A stretch of DNA of 64,000 nt, taken from positions 50,128 through 114,127 of the forward strand of contig JAUCBJ010008515.1 in NCBI GenBank assembly GCA_032718475.1. The letters are read 5' to 3'. Below, in pieces: positions 13,992-27,263 of this stretch. This DNA comes from Nemertoderma westbladi (Eukaryota > Animalia > Xenacoelomorpha). Numbering within the stretch: position 1 is the first letter of the stretch; each line of letters opens with the position of its first letter. The position numbers were made by a program, and so were the translations under genes. The notes under the pieces were generated by a model. It was not told the DNA's origin, ran no database searches, and saw nothing but the letters and a program-made list of their open reading frames with translations.

Positions 13992-15690
13992 ATGGATATT
14001 TCTAATGACGACTCAATACATAATCTCGATACACAGCGATAACGACTCTCAGAGGAATATAACCGGAGTATAAAAAACATTTATCGATAACCGTCGCCTC
14101 AGCCACTGGAACTTGGATGTAGCCTACCTTGAAGATGATTTGAGATATGTCGAACAAACACAAATATACGTGACACGCCTAGTTATGAATTTATAAGAAT
14201 AGCGCATGGAGAACCCGGTTCATTGGATACTTCATGGACACCAGTAGAACTGACCACCGAAGTGGCTAATCCCGAATGGTTACATACAGTCAATGCTATT
14301 TATAGCTATGGTGTTATGATTTATGACAATGAAGGATTAGTGCCAGATCATGAGCTCGGTTCAACTCGGTTGATTCATATCCACGGCCTCACTGGAGCCA
14401 CACACGTTTTTACCTGTACTTGTCGCGGTATGAACAGCGTTTTCCCAGCCTTGACCGCCTATCAACGCCGTGCGAGACATCAACAGTTTGTTAAAGAGGA
14501 GGCTTACGTCAATGACACAAATCGACACCTGGCCATGGGAATATACGCTGCTTTATTACCACAACCCGTATTGGACATTCTCTTAGACGAACCCATTTAT
14601 AAACTCGGTTCAGCCATATATCGGTATTTAACAAACGATTTCCCTGTTGTCCATGACATACCATATCCCTTTGTTGACACCCAAGTAATCCTTCCTTGGG
14701 CGCAATCCCGCGGCTTCTTCTGGGTTATGTATCGACGCAACACTAACGATACGTATAGCAAAGTTGACCATACGTCCTCTGGCCACATTGCGTTTCAAAA
14801 GTATGGTTGGAACTTTAAGGAAACCGATCGCGAGACGTATTCCAAAGTTTATGGGGATTCATATTCGCCTTATTACTTTAAAGGACCACTCACCACCCCT
14901 GGTGCTGTATATAGCTTTATGAGCCTCCCCTTGCACCCCTCGCTAGCAATGTACCTCATATTCGAGAACCAAGCGTTATCAAGATGGCTTGCGGATGTCT
15001 GTAGCCGCACGCTGAGAGCGCACCCGTTGCTGTTGGGAACCCAACTCGCCAAACTCGATGAACTTGGTAAATTCCTGAAATTCAAATGCTTTTGGCGTTT
15101 CTTAACCACCTTTTGCCAACATTGACAGTCAGTTCCGTGTGAAATCACTGTCTCAGCGAGAGCTACGTCGCTCCGCAGTGGATGAGCTAGAATTTGCTAT
15201 ATTCCGAGACGTATGTATTTCCAATCTCCATCAATCGGTGATTGAGAAACCCATTATCAAACCTGGTTTCTTGGTTGGACAAATACAGACTGATAGACAG
15301 ACTGACAAATTGACGCTCCCGACCAAGCGGAGGAACCAATCCACCTAGAAGCGACCTCAGTAGCCGGCCCTGTCGTGCTCACCCCTGTTTGATGTTGTTA
15401 TCCAAACTGTCCCCTCCGGACCAGTGCAAGCTGCTGTGCAGAAGCGCTTGGCTGCTCCTCCAGGATTAGAGACCCGTCAACCGGCTGTCAACTCGGGCGC
15501 AATGAGACCCGTCGAGTACCTCCACCAGGACATACACCGACCGTCCGACTTCACTGACACCAGACGCGGTAGATATCCACCCGGGTCCCAACAAGACGCT
15601 TTCAAGTGATGACGTGGCGTTACCCGCGCCCCAAACACCTGCGAGGAAGAGGAAACGACTCTTTATGCGAAGTATGCCCAAGCGAAAGCG
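13992..15690 (+). pseudogene. Extra 3' ORF of BEL element, DEDDy 3'-5' exonuclease-like (open core 14223-15125)
   Basis: VMIYDNEG (ExoI-like DxE), RLIHI..GATHVF, FVDTQV, GPLT...YSF, and a basic C-terminal tail PARKRKRL. Homologous to 28582-29941. Confidence 0.55.
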
Positions 15691-16566
15691 ATGATATACG
15701 ATTACTATCAGTTAGCCTGTCAATCTTTATAAAATCACTGTACTCGTTCTTCAACCATTAAGTACATTATAAAACTATCATATTTGTAAATATTAAACAA
15801 TATGTATTTCTTATTAGAAGAGTGAAATTCGATATATTAGTCGAATTTATGTATTTTATATTTGAAGGATAATATGACTCAATATTTACCAACTTACGTT
15901 GATTAATTTACCTACCTACCATATTTGTAAATATACCAAACTCTAATATTGTTTGAAAGGTTGTTTAATACTTATTTAGTCCTATCGGAAGTGACTCAAC
16001 GAACTTTATTGTTTTATATGAGGAAGTTGATCTACCTTAATTAATTTTGTTTAATTATTTAGTTAGATTGTTTATCGTATTTAATCGTACGTAGTAAATA
16101 TACAATATTGACATTGTCTTTAACCGTTGAAAGATTGTATACTTTCCACGTAAATTTTCAAAAAAAAACTCAACATTGTGTTATTCATAGAACGATTGTC
16201 GAACTTGTACGTAATTTTAGGGAACGGTTTTGCTGCACACGCTAACTGTATATCAAAATCGTATATTTTTATCATTCAATTTCTGTGTGTATGATATTTA
16301 TGCCTAACTCATATTGTATACCACCGTGAACCTTGTTTATATGTTGCCTAACAGCAGTTATGGTAGTGCTGAACTATCATTGGTAACTACCGGCACCAGT
16401 ATTCTTACATCCTATTGGCTGTTTTATTCTCCCAGTGTTTATATAGTCGATGTTCATCCCATTATTTCCAGGCCATGGCCTACTATATTTATACGGCCTA
16501 ACAGGTCACTTGAATTGCCCTCCTAAAAAGAGGTCATTGTTGAACATTTTGTATCGTACGTTTTAA

Positions 16567-18146
16567 CCCTATTAGTACCGGGCTATAAAATGTTGTACAA
16601 ATACCGGGGAGGGGTCATATTGACCCCCCACTCTAAAATCTACAAATATTTACGAAAACGTCTGATTTTTTGTTTGTACGTAGGTATCACTTGTCTGGAT
16701 CCAACCGAAAAAACAAATTTTCGAAAAAATGTACTGGGGTGGTTATATTGCAGCACCAAAATTACAAGTAGTGCACAATTTTCACCAAATTTGAAAGTTA
16801 CATTTTCGGCTAATTATTTTTCAATACAGGTTTTCTGGGGTGCAAAATACATTGGAAAATATTAAAAAATGATATGATTACTATAAATGGCTGTTTAGTC
16901 CTCTCTGCGTAGGAAAAAAATGAAAAAAAAACAAGTAACCAGCACTTTTCAGTTAGAACACAAAATTTTTAATTCACTTATACGATGCTATAAATTCACA
17001 TTTTCAGGTTTTCGAGGGCGCTGATTCTAATGGAATACATTTCTAATATGCCAGATCATTGCTACTTGTATTTTTCGGCGTAATTTGGCAAATTTTGGTG
17101 CTAGCACCAAATTTCGTACCCATCACCAAAAAGTACAAGTTTGCGATGTCCAGTGCTGTTTTTATTGATTCCATCGGATTCAGGACCCTCATAAACCCGT
17201 ATAACGCAAGAAACAAGGTGATACTATCTACTTATCAATTTGCATATTTTCCAAAATTTGGTGCTGGCACAACAATTTTCACCCACCGGCGAAAAATACA
17301 AGTTTGAGAACTCTTATGAAATTTTTACTGATTCCATTGAATTCAGAACCATCACAAACCCGTATAACGCAAGAAACAAGGTGACACAATCAATTGATAT
17401 ATTTGATGGTTTTCAAAATTTGGTGCTAGCACCACATTTTGCACCCACATCCGAAAAATACAAGTTTGAGATGTCTAGTTCGATAATTATATTTTCCATT
17501 GAATTCAGAACAGCCATAAACCTCTAAAACGCAAGAAATAAATTGTCACAAGCAATTTTATCTATTGAATGGATTTTCAAAATTTCGTGCTAGCACCAAA
17601 ATTTGCACACAGCACCGAAAAATACAAGTTTGATACGCTTGGTGCAACTCGTATATATTTCATCGAAACCAGAACCCCAAAAAACCCCAATTGCGTAAGA
17701 AACAAGTTTCAAACAATCAATATTTACAAAATTGACTTATTTCAAAATTTGGTGCTGGCACCAAAATTTGGCACCTACCGAAAAAAACAAGTTTGAAATT
17801 TCTAAATCAATTTATATGAATTCCATCCAATTTCTAACACCAAAAGACCGGTGTAAATCAAAAATAGAGATGTACCAATTTCCGATAGAGATGTACGAAT
17901 TCATATTTAATGAAATGTAATTTTCAAAAAACGTCTCAAAAAAAGTGCCAAAAGTAGGGTTAAAAAATGGTGCTATAACTCGAAAAGTACCCAATATTTT
18001 TGAAAACGGTTTTCACTACTAGGAAAATAGATTTTTAGGAAAAGTCATAATATTTCAGATTCCCAACTGCGTTTGTTACAGAATTATAATAAAAAAACCA
18101 CGGGGGGGGGGTCATATTGACCCCCCCCCCCCCGGGTTTAATAGGG
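16567..18146. mobile_element. Non-autonomous piggyBac-like element with internal tandem array
   Basis: TTAA TSD at 16563-16566 and 18147-18150. Ends CCCTATTA...TAATAGGG. The empty site (gttttaaacagcac) is visible in the duplicate at ~6270. Confidence 0.9.
17085..17860. repeat. ~163 bp tandem repeat, about 5 copies
   Basis: AAATTTGGTGCT(A/G)GCACC recurs at ~17091, 17254, 17415, 17579 and 17744. Confidence 0.85.
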
Positions 18147-19186
18147 TTAAACAGCACATAGGCAAGACACAGTGTAGATAATGCCCAAAACATGTACCAA
18201 TGAGATATTATTGTAATACAGTGGGTTTATCATCGGCTATACATTGTTAGGAAGCATGCAATGTTGGTTTGACCCTTTTTGTTCAAAAGTGTCTATTTTT
18301 CTGTTTCATTTTTGATTTGATTTACGAAATCAATTCGGAATATAAAATTGAGAAAAAAAGACGTTAAGAAAAAAGAATTTATCAAATATGTTAATTTAGT
18401 TTGTTTCTTTGAATTGATCATAAAACTTTTGTTAGAATGATATGTTTTATCTGTCTGTCCTTCCGTCAGTCTTAATATTGTCTGTCAAATATTCAATGAT
18501 TCTCAACTCTTGAGAGGTTGAGCGGATTGAAATTATGGGGCTCGCTGATTTCATTTCTGATGTCAGTTTTCATCTTTGATGGATTTAAGACTGTTTGTAT
18601 GTCTGTCCGACTGTCGGTCTGTCTGTCAAAATATAAGGAAGTTTACTAACTGATGACAATTTTCGTTATGGGGGTATTTGAGTGCGGTGATTACATTTCC
18701 GATGTCAGTTTTCATGTTTTATGAAATTGAAATTGGGTGGGTGCATAATTAATTAATTTGAAAATCTTTGAAAATTAATTAATTAATATTCTAGATCATG
18801 TGAACTTTCGGAAAAGTTATGAAGATATAATATAGTTAAGGACATATTATGAATAAATATAATAATAAAAAATGAATATCATTGTGTGTCAGGTCAGTTT
18901 GAGTTTACTTATTCTCAGTCTTCTTACGTTGTCGCTCTTTGAACGCAGCAACACTCTGAACTCGTCTTTCATCAGTTATCTCACGCGTGCATTATTGAAG
19001 AAGATATTTGCCAAAGTAAGATACACAGTATCAGTCTTCTTCTTGTGGAGCTCGCAAAAAAAATACTGAATATGAAATACCGTAGGTCTTTAACATGGAC
19101 ATGGCTGCTGCTCGAATATGAATCCCGGATCTTTGAAGAATACCTTCAACGTAACTTACCCGAGCAATACAATCCCCAACAGCCTC

Positions 19187-21050
19187 CCGATTGAGTGCGA
19201 TTTGATATAAAACTTAGGATTAGGGATTGGGGGTTCCACGAATTCCGTAACTTTCTAATTTTTTAAATAAGATGCCATGGTCTAACATATCAAATGCTTT
19301 TTTTAAATCGATGTATATGGCACAAGCCGAAATTTTAGAGTCGAGAATGGATCTTATTTTTTCTGTAACAGTTAAAATGGCCAAAGTCTTAGATATTTTT
19401 TCCTAAATCCGAATTGGCGAGATGAAAGAATTGAATAACGGTCTAAATATGATTGAAGCTGAGAATATATAACTTATTCATAAATTTTGCTTAAGACAGA
19501 TAAAAGAGAAATGGGCCGATAATTATTTGGGTCTAGCGGGCCACCCAACTTGTAGCTCGGTAAAACCTTTGCGTATTTGAGGGAGTCTGGAAAATGACCT
19601 GTAGAAATGGAGAGATTAATTAAGTGAGGTGGTGCGCTAGAGGTACGGCTACAAGACGTAATAGTTTGGTAGGGAAGGCATCATTTGTAGCAGAGTTGGG
19701 ATCCAATTGAAGAATGAGGTAGTGAATTTCAGGAGTAGTTGTATGTGTTAGAGAGAGAGATTTAGAATGTGTACTGTGAATGTGAAGTATAGGAGAACAT
19801 GCTGAGTGCGGTATACAGCATTCCAACTTTGGGCCTATTGTACTGAAATGTTGATTTAGGATTGATGTAATTTTTGTTTGATCATTGGTAATTTGTATAC
19901 CATCGACAAACGTAAATTTAATCTTAGATGGAACACCTGATTTTTGGATCTGTTTAAAACTCTATTGATAACTGACCATGTTTTACGCATATTTCCGTTG
20001 TAGTTACTAAACTGCCGTACATAAAATGATTTTTCTGCCGCTTTTAAAATAGTATTGAGTCTGTTTTTATATTTTTTATATGTTAGTTCGTTGTATGTTG
20101 TTGGAATTCTTACAAATTTGGCAAAAAGTTCATTTTTTTTAATAATACATCTTAATAAAGCTTGCTTTGCTTGAATCCACGGATTACGGACAATTTTTTT
20201 TGCGGTATGAATTCTTTTGGGAGATGTTTATTACACAACTCCTCAGATTAATTATAAAAATGATTAAATTTAGATTCGTTTGGGATATCGCAAGATCTGT
20301 ACGAACACATTGGAATAGATTGAAAATTCGTTAAAAAATTGTTTGGCTTAAATTTTGAAAAATCGTAAGTAGCTATTTTTTGCAGTTTTTCAAAAAATGC
20401 AGAGTATTCTTTAAAAAACTGCAAACGTTGCTAAATGATCCGTGGTGCCTTATTGTGATAAGAATAATCCAGAACTGTTACGTTTTGTTGATATATTAGT
20501 GATTATATCATCTAAGGTGGAGTTAGCTCCAAATACTATGCGAGTCGGTTGCTTAATTAGTTGCGATTATCCAAAAGAGGATATTATTTGTAAGTATTTG
20601 GAACTTTCTGATGTGATTTTATTCGTATTTACATTAAAGTCACCCGCCCGTGATTATGACATCAATATTTAAATTCGAAATTTTTATTAAGAGATTTTCA
20701 AATATGTCGTGGAACATTTGCAACCACATCCTGTTTTTCTATGAATGAAATATTATCTTTAATGTAAAAATCTATACCCCACCCAGCACCTGCCGTTCGT
20801 CCATTTGGACGGGCTGAAAGTATTGGACCAACATATCCTTCTAGTTTTAGGTTAGTTAGGTCTTCGTTCGCACCGACGAGCGTCTCAGAGAAAGTTAGTA
20901 TATCAAAATCGTGATGTAGAGTACTTAGTATATCCGTAGTTGGGGAAAAATTTATATTTAGGCTCCTACAGCAGTTTAGAAGATGAAAGATAGAGGATGA
21001 TAAGGAGATATGGGAATGGTTCGGGACGAGGTACCAGGGACATTCATACA
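19187..21050 (-). pseudogene. CR1/L2-group LINE ORF2 fragment (APE endonuclease to mid-RT)
   Basis: FDILTFSET, GWGIDFYIK, TDHLATF, NNYRPISLLS, YIDLKKAFD and YGIRG in broken frames. Confidence 0.8.
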
Positions 21051-21064
21051 AGTAGGAACTTATA

Positions 21065-21615
21065 TAAACACAAACAAGCTTTGGTAAAATTTTTACCTAA
21101 ACATTATTCCCACGTTGCGTGAAAATTTTAAAAATTTTTGTTTTTAATGTTCTATTAAATCTCTCGACTATAGCCGCCTTATTCACAGAGTACATTACGT
21201 AATACTGTACACCAATAGTATCTAAATATTTCCTCACAGATTTATTTAGAAACTCAGATCCTTGATCAGTCGCGATTCTGTTTGGTTTACCTTTCTGGAA
21301 TATTTTTTGGAATATACTAATGATTTCAATACCTGTTTTTGTTTTCATACCGTAGGCAAAAGCAAGCCGGCTAAAGGCGTCAATACATGTTAATATATAG
21401 TTATAATTATTATTTTGTGATTTATATTACTGCATATCCACCAGATCTATCATATATATATCTTTTAACCATCCCGTAAATATTTTAGATGTTGGATAAT
21501 GATGTCTATGTGGTGCATGAAGGGTGTATGTCTTTTGTCCGCTTAACCATTTCTGGGCTTGAGATGGTTTGATGTTTGCTGCTTTTGCTAATTTTGCGAT
21601 ACTTGCAAAACCCTC
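21065..21615 (-). pseudogene. Orphan Polinton integrase fragment
   Basis: High nucleotide similarity to ~44320-44850 (ATDQGSEF, KAAIVERFNRTLK). Confidence 0.9.
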
Positions 21616-22589
21616 TTATCTTCTACCGGCAGAGGCTAGGAATACAAAGGCGTAATCAATAATAATGATTAAGCGCGTTTATTTCCTAAGCTCGCTCGAT
21701 GTACAACATACGACAGACTATTTCATATGTGGTTCATATTGTTAGTGCATTGCATTATTCACAACACCACTCCAGTTTCTGTTGTGTAGCCAACACAAAC
21801 ACAGTAGATACTGTAGAATAAGTGTTAATTCAGAACAGGAAACTATATTTAGTATTCCATGGGTACCCTAAGGTTTTCTTAATCTTTTACTACTGTATTA
21901 AACAAAATGTAGGCCTACCTTTCTGAGAGAACTCCTAATTATTCTTTCCTGAAATATTGCAGGTAGCTGTATCAACAATTCGGACAAGAGCAAGACTAAA
22001 AAATTTAAAATTATAAAGAAATTTTTTTGTTTACGCAATTTTTTTAAACGATGCCCGGTTTTTGACCAAAAATCGAATTTTCAACAACTGTTTTCTTATA
22101 ACTTCAAGAAAGCACCCAACCAACAAAATTCTAGTCATGCATAGGCCAATCGTTGTTGTGAACATTTTCTGAAAATTTCAGGAGAATTCATCCAGTAGTT
22201 CCTCAGAAAAGTGTAGCTTTGTGTCTAAAAAAACACAAAAAATTAATTTTCGAGAAAAGGACATTCAAAGTTTTCAAAAATTCACGCCATTTTTTTTTTA
22301 AAAACGAGGGATTATTCAAACTGGTTGTAAAAAATAAATAGTACACCACTCCGATATAGGGGTTTCCCTGGTCGGTGATTTCATTTCTGATGTCAGTATT
22401 TGAGTTTGACCAAATCTAGACTGTCTGTCTGTCGGTATGTCTGTCTGTCAGTTTTGACAGACTTTTCAGACAGATCGACCGACAGACCGACAGATATTTC
22501 GGCACCGTAGGCTTATCCTACTGTATGCCTACATGAACCCGATTTCTGTAATCTTCGAAAAATTTGATCTTAAACTTGACATGTTCAGA

Positions 22590-22780
22590 GACATTATGAA
22601 CACATTACACTATGTTCATAGAATATACACCATCTGGCCCACTGGCCTTCTTATCCGATGATAGTTTTATAACTTCTTTAACTTCAGTTTCAGTGATAGG
22701 TTCATTATACCACTGATCAGCGTCTTCTTCTTCCGGTGTCGGTACTGGAACTTGTCCTAGTACTTTTCTTCTTCGATTTG
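22590..22780 (-). pseudogene. Short LINE RT N-terminal fragment
   Basis: NEPITETEVKEVIK..KKASGPDGV motif. Confidence 0.55.
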
Positions 22781-23359
22781 GAAGAAACCCAAACAGTCGA
22801 ACAGACATATTGTTACAAGAACAACTGCTCACAGTTTCCACCACATTATTTTCAGCAACAAAACTCCGTTCCATGAGCGCTCGCGCTCTGGTTGTTGTAA
22901 ATGGTTATATTGTAACCGATCATGCAAGGACATGTACCAATGCTCTGAACTGTTCGAGCTGCCTCCACTTGCTGCTCTTGCTTCCAAGAAATAATTAAAT
23001 CGATTAACAAAAATATATTTTCGCATATGTACACTGACATATATTTATTATTTGAAATGAAAAAAAAAATTTCATTTGCCCCGCGTGGGGGCGTATATAT
23101 AACTTTTTTCAAATATTGCTAGGGTACCCCCCTACAACCTTAAGACGTGTAAAAAATACAAAGCACTAGGATAAAGTAGGAATGATTAAAATTACGTTCC
23201 GTAATTAACATAGTCCTACGGTATATGTTTGCACCGCGTCAACCATTTCTGTGTATATAGGGAATAAAAAATTAATATCCATAAATAAGTTAAACTGAAC
23301 GCTATAGGCCTATAGGCCTACTGATTATCCACATTTTGAAATTTGGGGCCGCATGTAAC

Positions 23360-24019
23360 ATGGATGTCGAGTTGGCGAAAATGCTATTGCTTACGGTTTC
23401 TATAGTTACAGATAATTTTGACAATGTGTTAGCAGTTACTTGCAATGACAAACACTCAATGGTTACTTGCAAGTCAGCCCACCCCGATGCGTTCCCGGAT
23501 TCGGATTGGAACGAGGAAAACCCAGGTGAAATACGAACGGATTGTCACGCCTGCTCGCTGCTATTCCTGCAATTACCAGGAATATTGCATATTAACAGCG
23601 TGTCCACCAAAGCTTTGTTGTACAACAAGAGAGAAAGATGCAGGGCAGATGAGTGCGTGCCTATTGTCAATGAAGACGTTTGCAAGAAGGAATATAGCGA
23701 TAAGATTCACATAGGTGGAGAAGCTTTCCCTGCTGACCTGTCACATCCAAGTTGCCAGTATTTGTGTTGCAACGGAACAGAAGTCTGCAGCAAAGTAGGA
23801 GACTTGGTGTGGGAACATGACTACCTGTACCCCAATGGAACCCTGGATTGGAGCGATCCCTTATTTGATCCGGTTGCTACAATAACAGTTTCGGTTACCA
23901 CAGAGCCAGAGCCACCAACAACAACGGCTGAGGCAACGACGTCTAGTTTGGCGGATCACCCCATTGGGGCGGTTGTTTCAGTTCTGATGGTAGCAATCAT
24001 TCAAATTAACTTCATATAA
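23360..24019 (+). CDS. Secreted Cys-rich, probably GPI-anchored Ly6/three-finger-like protein (candidate host gene)
   Basis: Hydrophobic N-terminus, 11 Cys ending in CC-x5-C, Thr-rich stalk and hydrophobic C-terminal tail. Intact single ORF. Confidence 0.6.
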   Translation: MDVELAKMLLLTVSIVTDNFDNVLAVTCNDKHSMVTCKSAHPDAFPDSDWNEENPGEIRTDCHACSLLFLQLPGILHINSVSTKALLYNKRERCRADECVPIVNEDVCKKEYSDKIHIGGEAFPADLSHPSCQYLCCNGTEVCSKVGDLVWEHDYLYPNGTLDWSDPLFDPVATITVSVTTEPEPPTTTAEATTSSLADHPIGAVVSVLMVAIIQINFI

Positions 24020-24905
24020 ATTCCCCTTAATTTGTGGTGTTTGGGTCGCCTTTTAAAGTGTATATTTTACAAACTATAACCAGTTCACATCATTATTGTT
24101 ATTCTCTGATCAACCTTAGCTGAGAACTATTTTTTATACAATAATCTACATTTAGATCACCTTTGTGTCTGTGACACAGTCAGGGCTAGAATCTGCCTTC
24201 CACATTCTTCTTAAAAGGTCCCAATATGAGCTCCACGCTACTCCACTTTACTTGTGCTGTTTCAGAAGAGGATAATCAGATAATGTTAGAATAAAAATTT
24301 CACCCATAAAAATTACATTCGAAGTATATGGAAATGCAATGTCTTCTTTTAGTTTATTGTTTTGGTTACAAGGCCGCCACAACTGTCACCTATGTCGTAA
24401 AAACTGGTTTGTTGTTTTGAAACGGGACCTTCTCGTTTTATTTTACCAGTGATAGTATTTTTTCGATTTTCAAAAAATAAAAAAACACTCTTTAGGATCT
24501 CCACACAAAGGGACATTCTAACTGTTATATATAATAAATAATAATAAATAATAAATCAATTTATAGTTTTTTTGCACTAGAAAAACAATAATATTTTTCC
24601 CGGGAGCATAACACATTAAGGCCACAGTAACACTCTATATGTCGTGTGCTTCTTTGGTAAGTCATAAGTCGTTTTCAGATGTTGTTTTTGAATTCGACGC
24701 AAATAACAGCTGATTACTATCAAAAATAAAACTGTAACCTGTTCTATTGTGTTTAGTTTATTGTTTTGGTTAAAATAACGTGCAGCACTGTAACCTGCTC
24801 CTTTCCCTAAATTGAGAATTTAACATAGAGGCGGGATAATAATTCGCCAAGGCGGGTTTTGCGTCAAGTCCCCCCCCCCCCTCTGTTTCTAAAATATTAG
24901 CTCTT

Positions 24906-27263
24906 TACTACTAATACTACTACTAGGATCGGCATGCTGCATTGCAGCTGCATTTTTGAGAATGCTGTGCTGGCTTTTTGACAAAATTGCGCCGCCACAA
25001 CTCCCTATCACACATGACATTTGCTCGATCATCCGCATCTTCAAGACCAGTGTCCTTTAATATGCGTCTCAATAAAGTCATGGGCTGTCCACCATTCTTA
25101 TTCACTCCATGAGGCTGCCAAAGTACAACATTATGCACTGGCTGGAAGACACAAATGTTGTCGAACCATCGTATACTGATCTGATTGCTGCAATAATTCC
25201 ATCAGGAATCCCATATAATGAAAGTATGCTGAACATACGTGAGCGAGAGACTGAATCAAAGGCCTTGAAGAAGTCAACAAAGATAACAGCCAGATATGCC
25301 TGTCTTTCTTTTTTGACAACTCTTCAATTATACTTCTAAGTGCCAAAATGGGCTCCATGGTCCCACGATCTTTACGGAACCCATTCTGATTTCCACGGAG
25401 CAGTCTCTCAATGGGATCCCTGATGCGATTTAATATAATTTTATTGTATAGCTTTGCAGCAATCGAGATCAATGAGATTCACCGAAAAGAACCATAGAGT
25501 GTTAGGTTGCCCTTCTTGGGAACTGGCACCAACTTATTTGTTTTCATTTCTTGCGGGACTCTTGTTGTTCGGTACATGTCTACTACAGTATGATGGGATA
25601 GATGAGCTTTAAACACTCAGGTATTTTAAAGACCTCAGGGGGAACACCATCTACTCCACTGGCACGATTGGTCTTAATGCTCTTTGCAGCAGCCTGCACT
25701 TCTGCAAAGGAGATATCGCCAATGGGAATATCTGGGAGTACAGACTCAGACACTTTTACTTCTACAAAGTTATCAGGCAATACCCTGTCATTATTGAGGA
25801 GCTTTTCAAAGTGGGCCTTCCAACCATTGAGGCGATCGGCTGGTGATTCAGCCTTAACCTTGGTGGTTGGTCGGCTTTTCCGCAAAGTAAGCAAGTTGAT
25901 CGATTTCCATGCCTGGGATGATTGCCTGCTGTCGTCAGCATCATTGATGGCATCAACCTGTTGGTTAATTAGCTCCTGTAGATTAACAGAGTACTGCCTG
26001 TTCAGGGACCTAGATGCAGACTTAACTGCATTCTTGGCTGCTGTAGTCTGTTTGAGTCGGGACTCTTTCGGCGCCTTGTAGAGGTCATTTCGGCACTTCT
26101 GGGTTTTGTTGTCAGTCCAGGGGGGCCCGTTTCCTGTTTCGAGGGTATACAGCAACTGTTTCTGCAGCTGCTAACTTAACTGCCTCTGTGAAGGCAGTAT
26201 AGCCCTCACAGTGATCTGCTGCCTCAGAGGCAAGAACCTCATACCTGTTGCTCAGCTGTAGTGTGAAGCTGGATCTCAGACTTGGCTGTTGCAACAGAGA
26301 GGACCAGTCATGCCGCGGCAAGGCAGATTTCGTTGTTCTGCTAGCACGCAGACTAAGTCTTACCTTGGCCACAATAAGGCGGTGATCACTGGAGAAGGGT
26401 CGAAGTGTAAATGCATTACAGTCTTGTATAGAGCTCCTGTACTTCCTACGAAACAGAATATGGTCTATCTGGGACTTGTGACCACTGGGTCCACTATGAG
26501 TCCATAGCTTTCCAGTTCGCTTCTTGAACTGGGTTCCAGCCGAAAACAATCCATTTCCAGAGATAAAATCCTGAAGATGGACGGAATTTCGGTTGACACT
26601 ATTGCTATAGACCCAGGGCGATGTAGGTGATTGATGCAGACTTGCATTAAAGTCTCCCAGGAATGTTAAGAATGCATGCTGATCCACTCCATCAGTAGCT
26701 GCTTGTAGATTGTGGTAGACATTTTCCACCTCCTCTACCGGGGCAACACTAGTTGGAGAGTAGCACACAATCAGAACTACCTTAGGAAACTTCTTAGCCA
26801 GTCTTCCAGAACATGAGAAGTGGCAACGGATCATGCGGTTAGAGATTTTGTCTATTTTGTCCAATGCTGCATGTGCAGTTGGATTCATCAATAGACCAAT
26901 ACCACCATTGCCACTATCATCTGCTGACGCGAGGGCGAGTCGCCAACCGCCCCCCATGTCCTTAATGAGAACCTCATCAGTCTGTCCAGTCTGCATTCGG
27001 TGCTCTTGAACACCCACTGCGCTAAGAGAAAGCTTATCTGCCAAGGCAGTCAGCTCACCTTGTCGCATTAGGGAGCCAAGTGTTAGGGTGTTTACTGAGG
27101 CTAGTCTAGTGACTTGCCTCAGATTCACCAATGGCTTTGTTGGTCGGGGTGGAACATGAGAGTAGCCTCCAACTCCAGAATCCCTCTCCCCCTCACAATC
27201 TGGCCCCCCTGGTGACCCGGGGTTTGGGCCAGAAAGGTCATCAGGAAAGGGACTCAAAGAATT
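24906..27263 (-). mobile_element. RTE-like LINE, 3' portion (APE endonuclease plus internally deleted RT)
   Basis: VGVQEHR, CYSPT, GDFNA, SQIDHIL, SDHRL, ASGVDG, NQNGFR. A (TAG)n-type tail lies at ~24906-24925. Confidence 0.9.

Larger units (their letters stand above)
15574..19186 (+). repeat. Copy 2 of the local duplication, interrupted by a piggyBac-like element
   Basis: Matches 5268-7308. Confidence 0.9.

Noticed and set aside
16217-16560. 3' LTR of the first BEL starting after AGGGAACGG
   Set aside because: A PPT-like tract is present, but there is no clean TG start, no partner LTR and no TSD to confirm it.
17085-17860. CRISPR-like array of palindromic repeats
   Set aside because: The intervening sequences are homologous to each other rather than unique spacers. 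There are no cas genes and the context is a eukaryotic MITE.
7580-21050. The two CR1/L2 fragments as one element split by 11 kb of insertions
   Set aside because: Orientation and order fit, but part of RT is missing and no TSD links the junctions.
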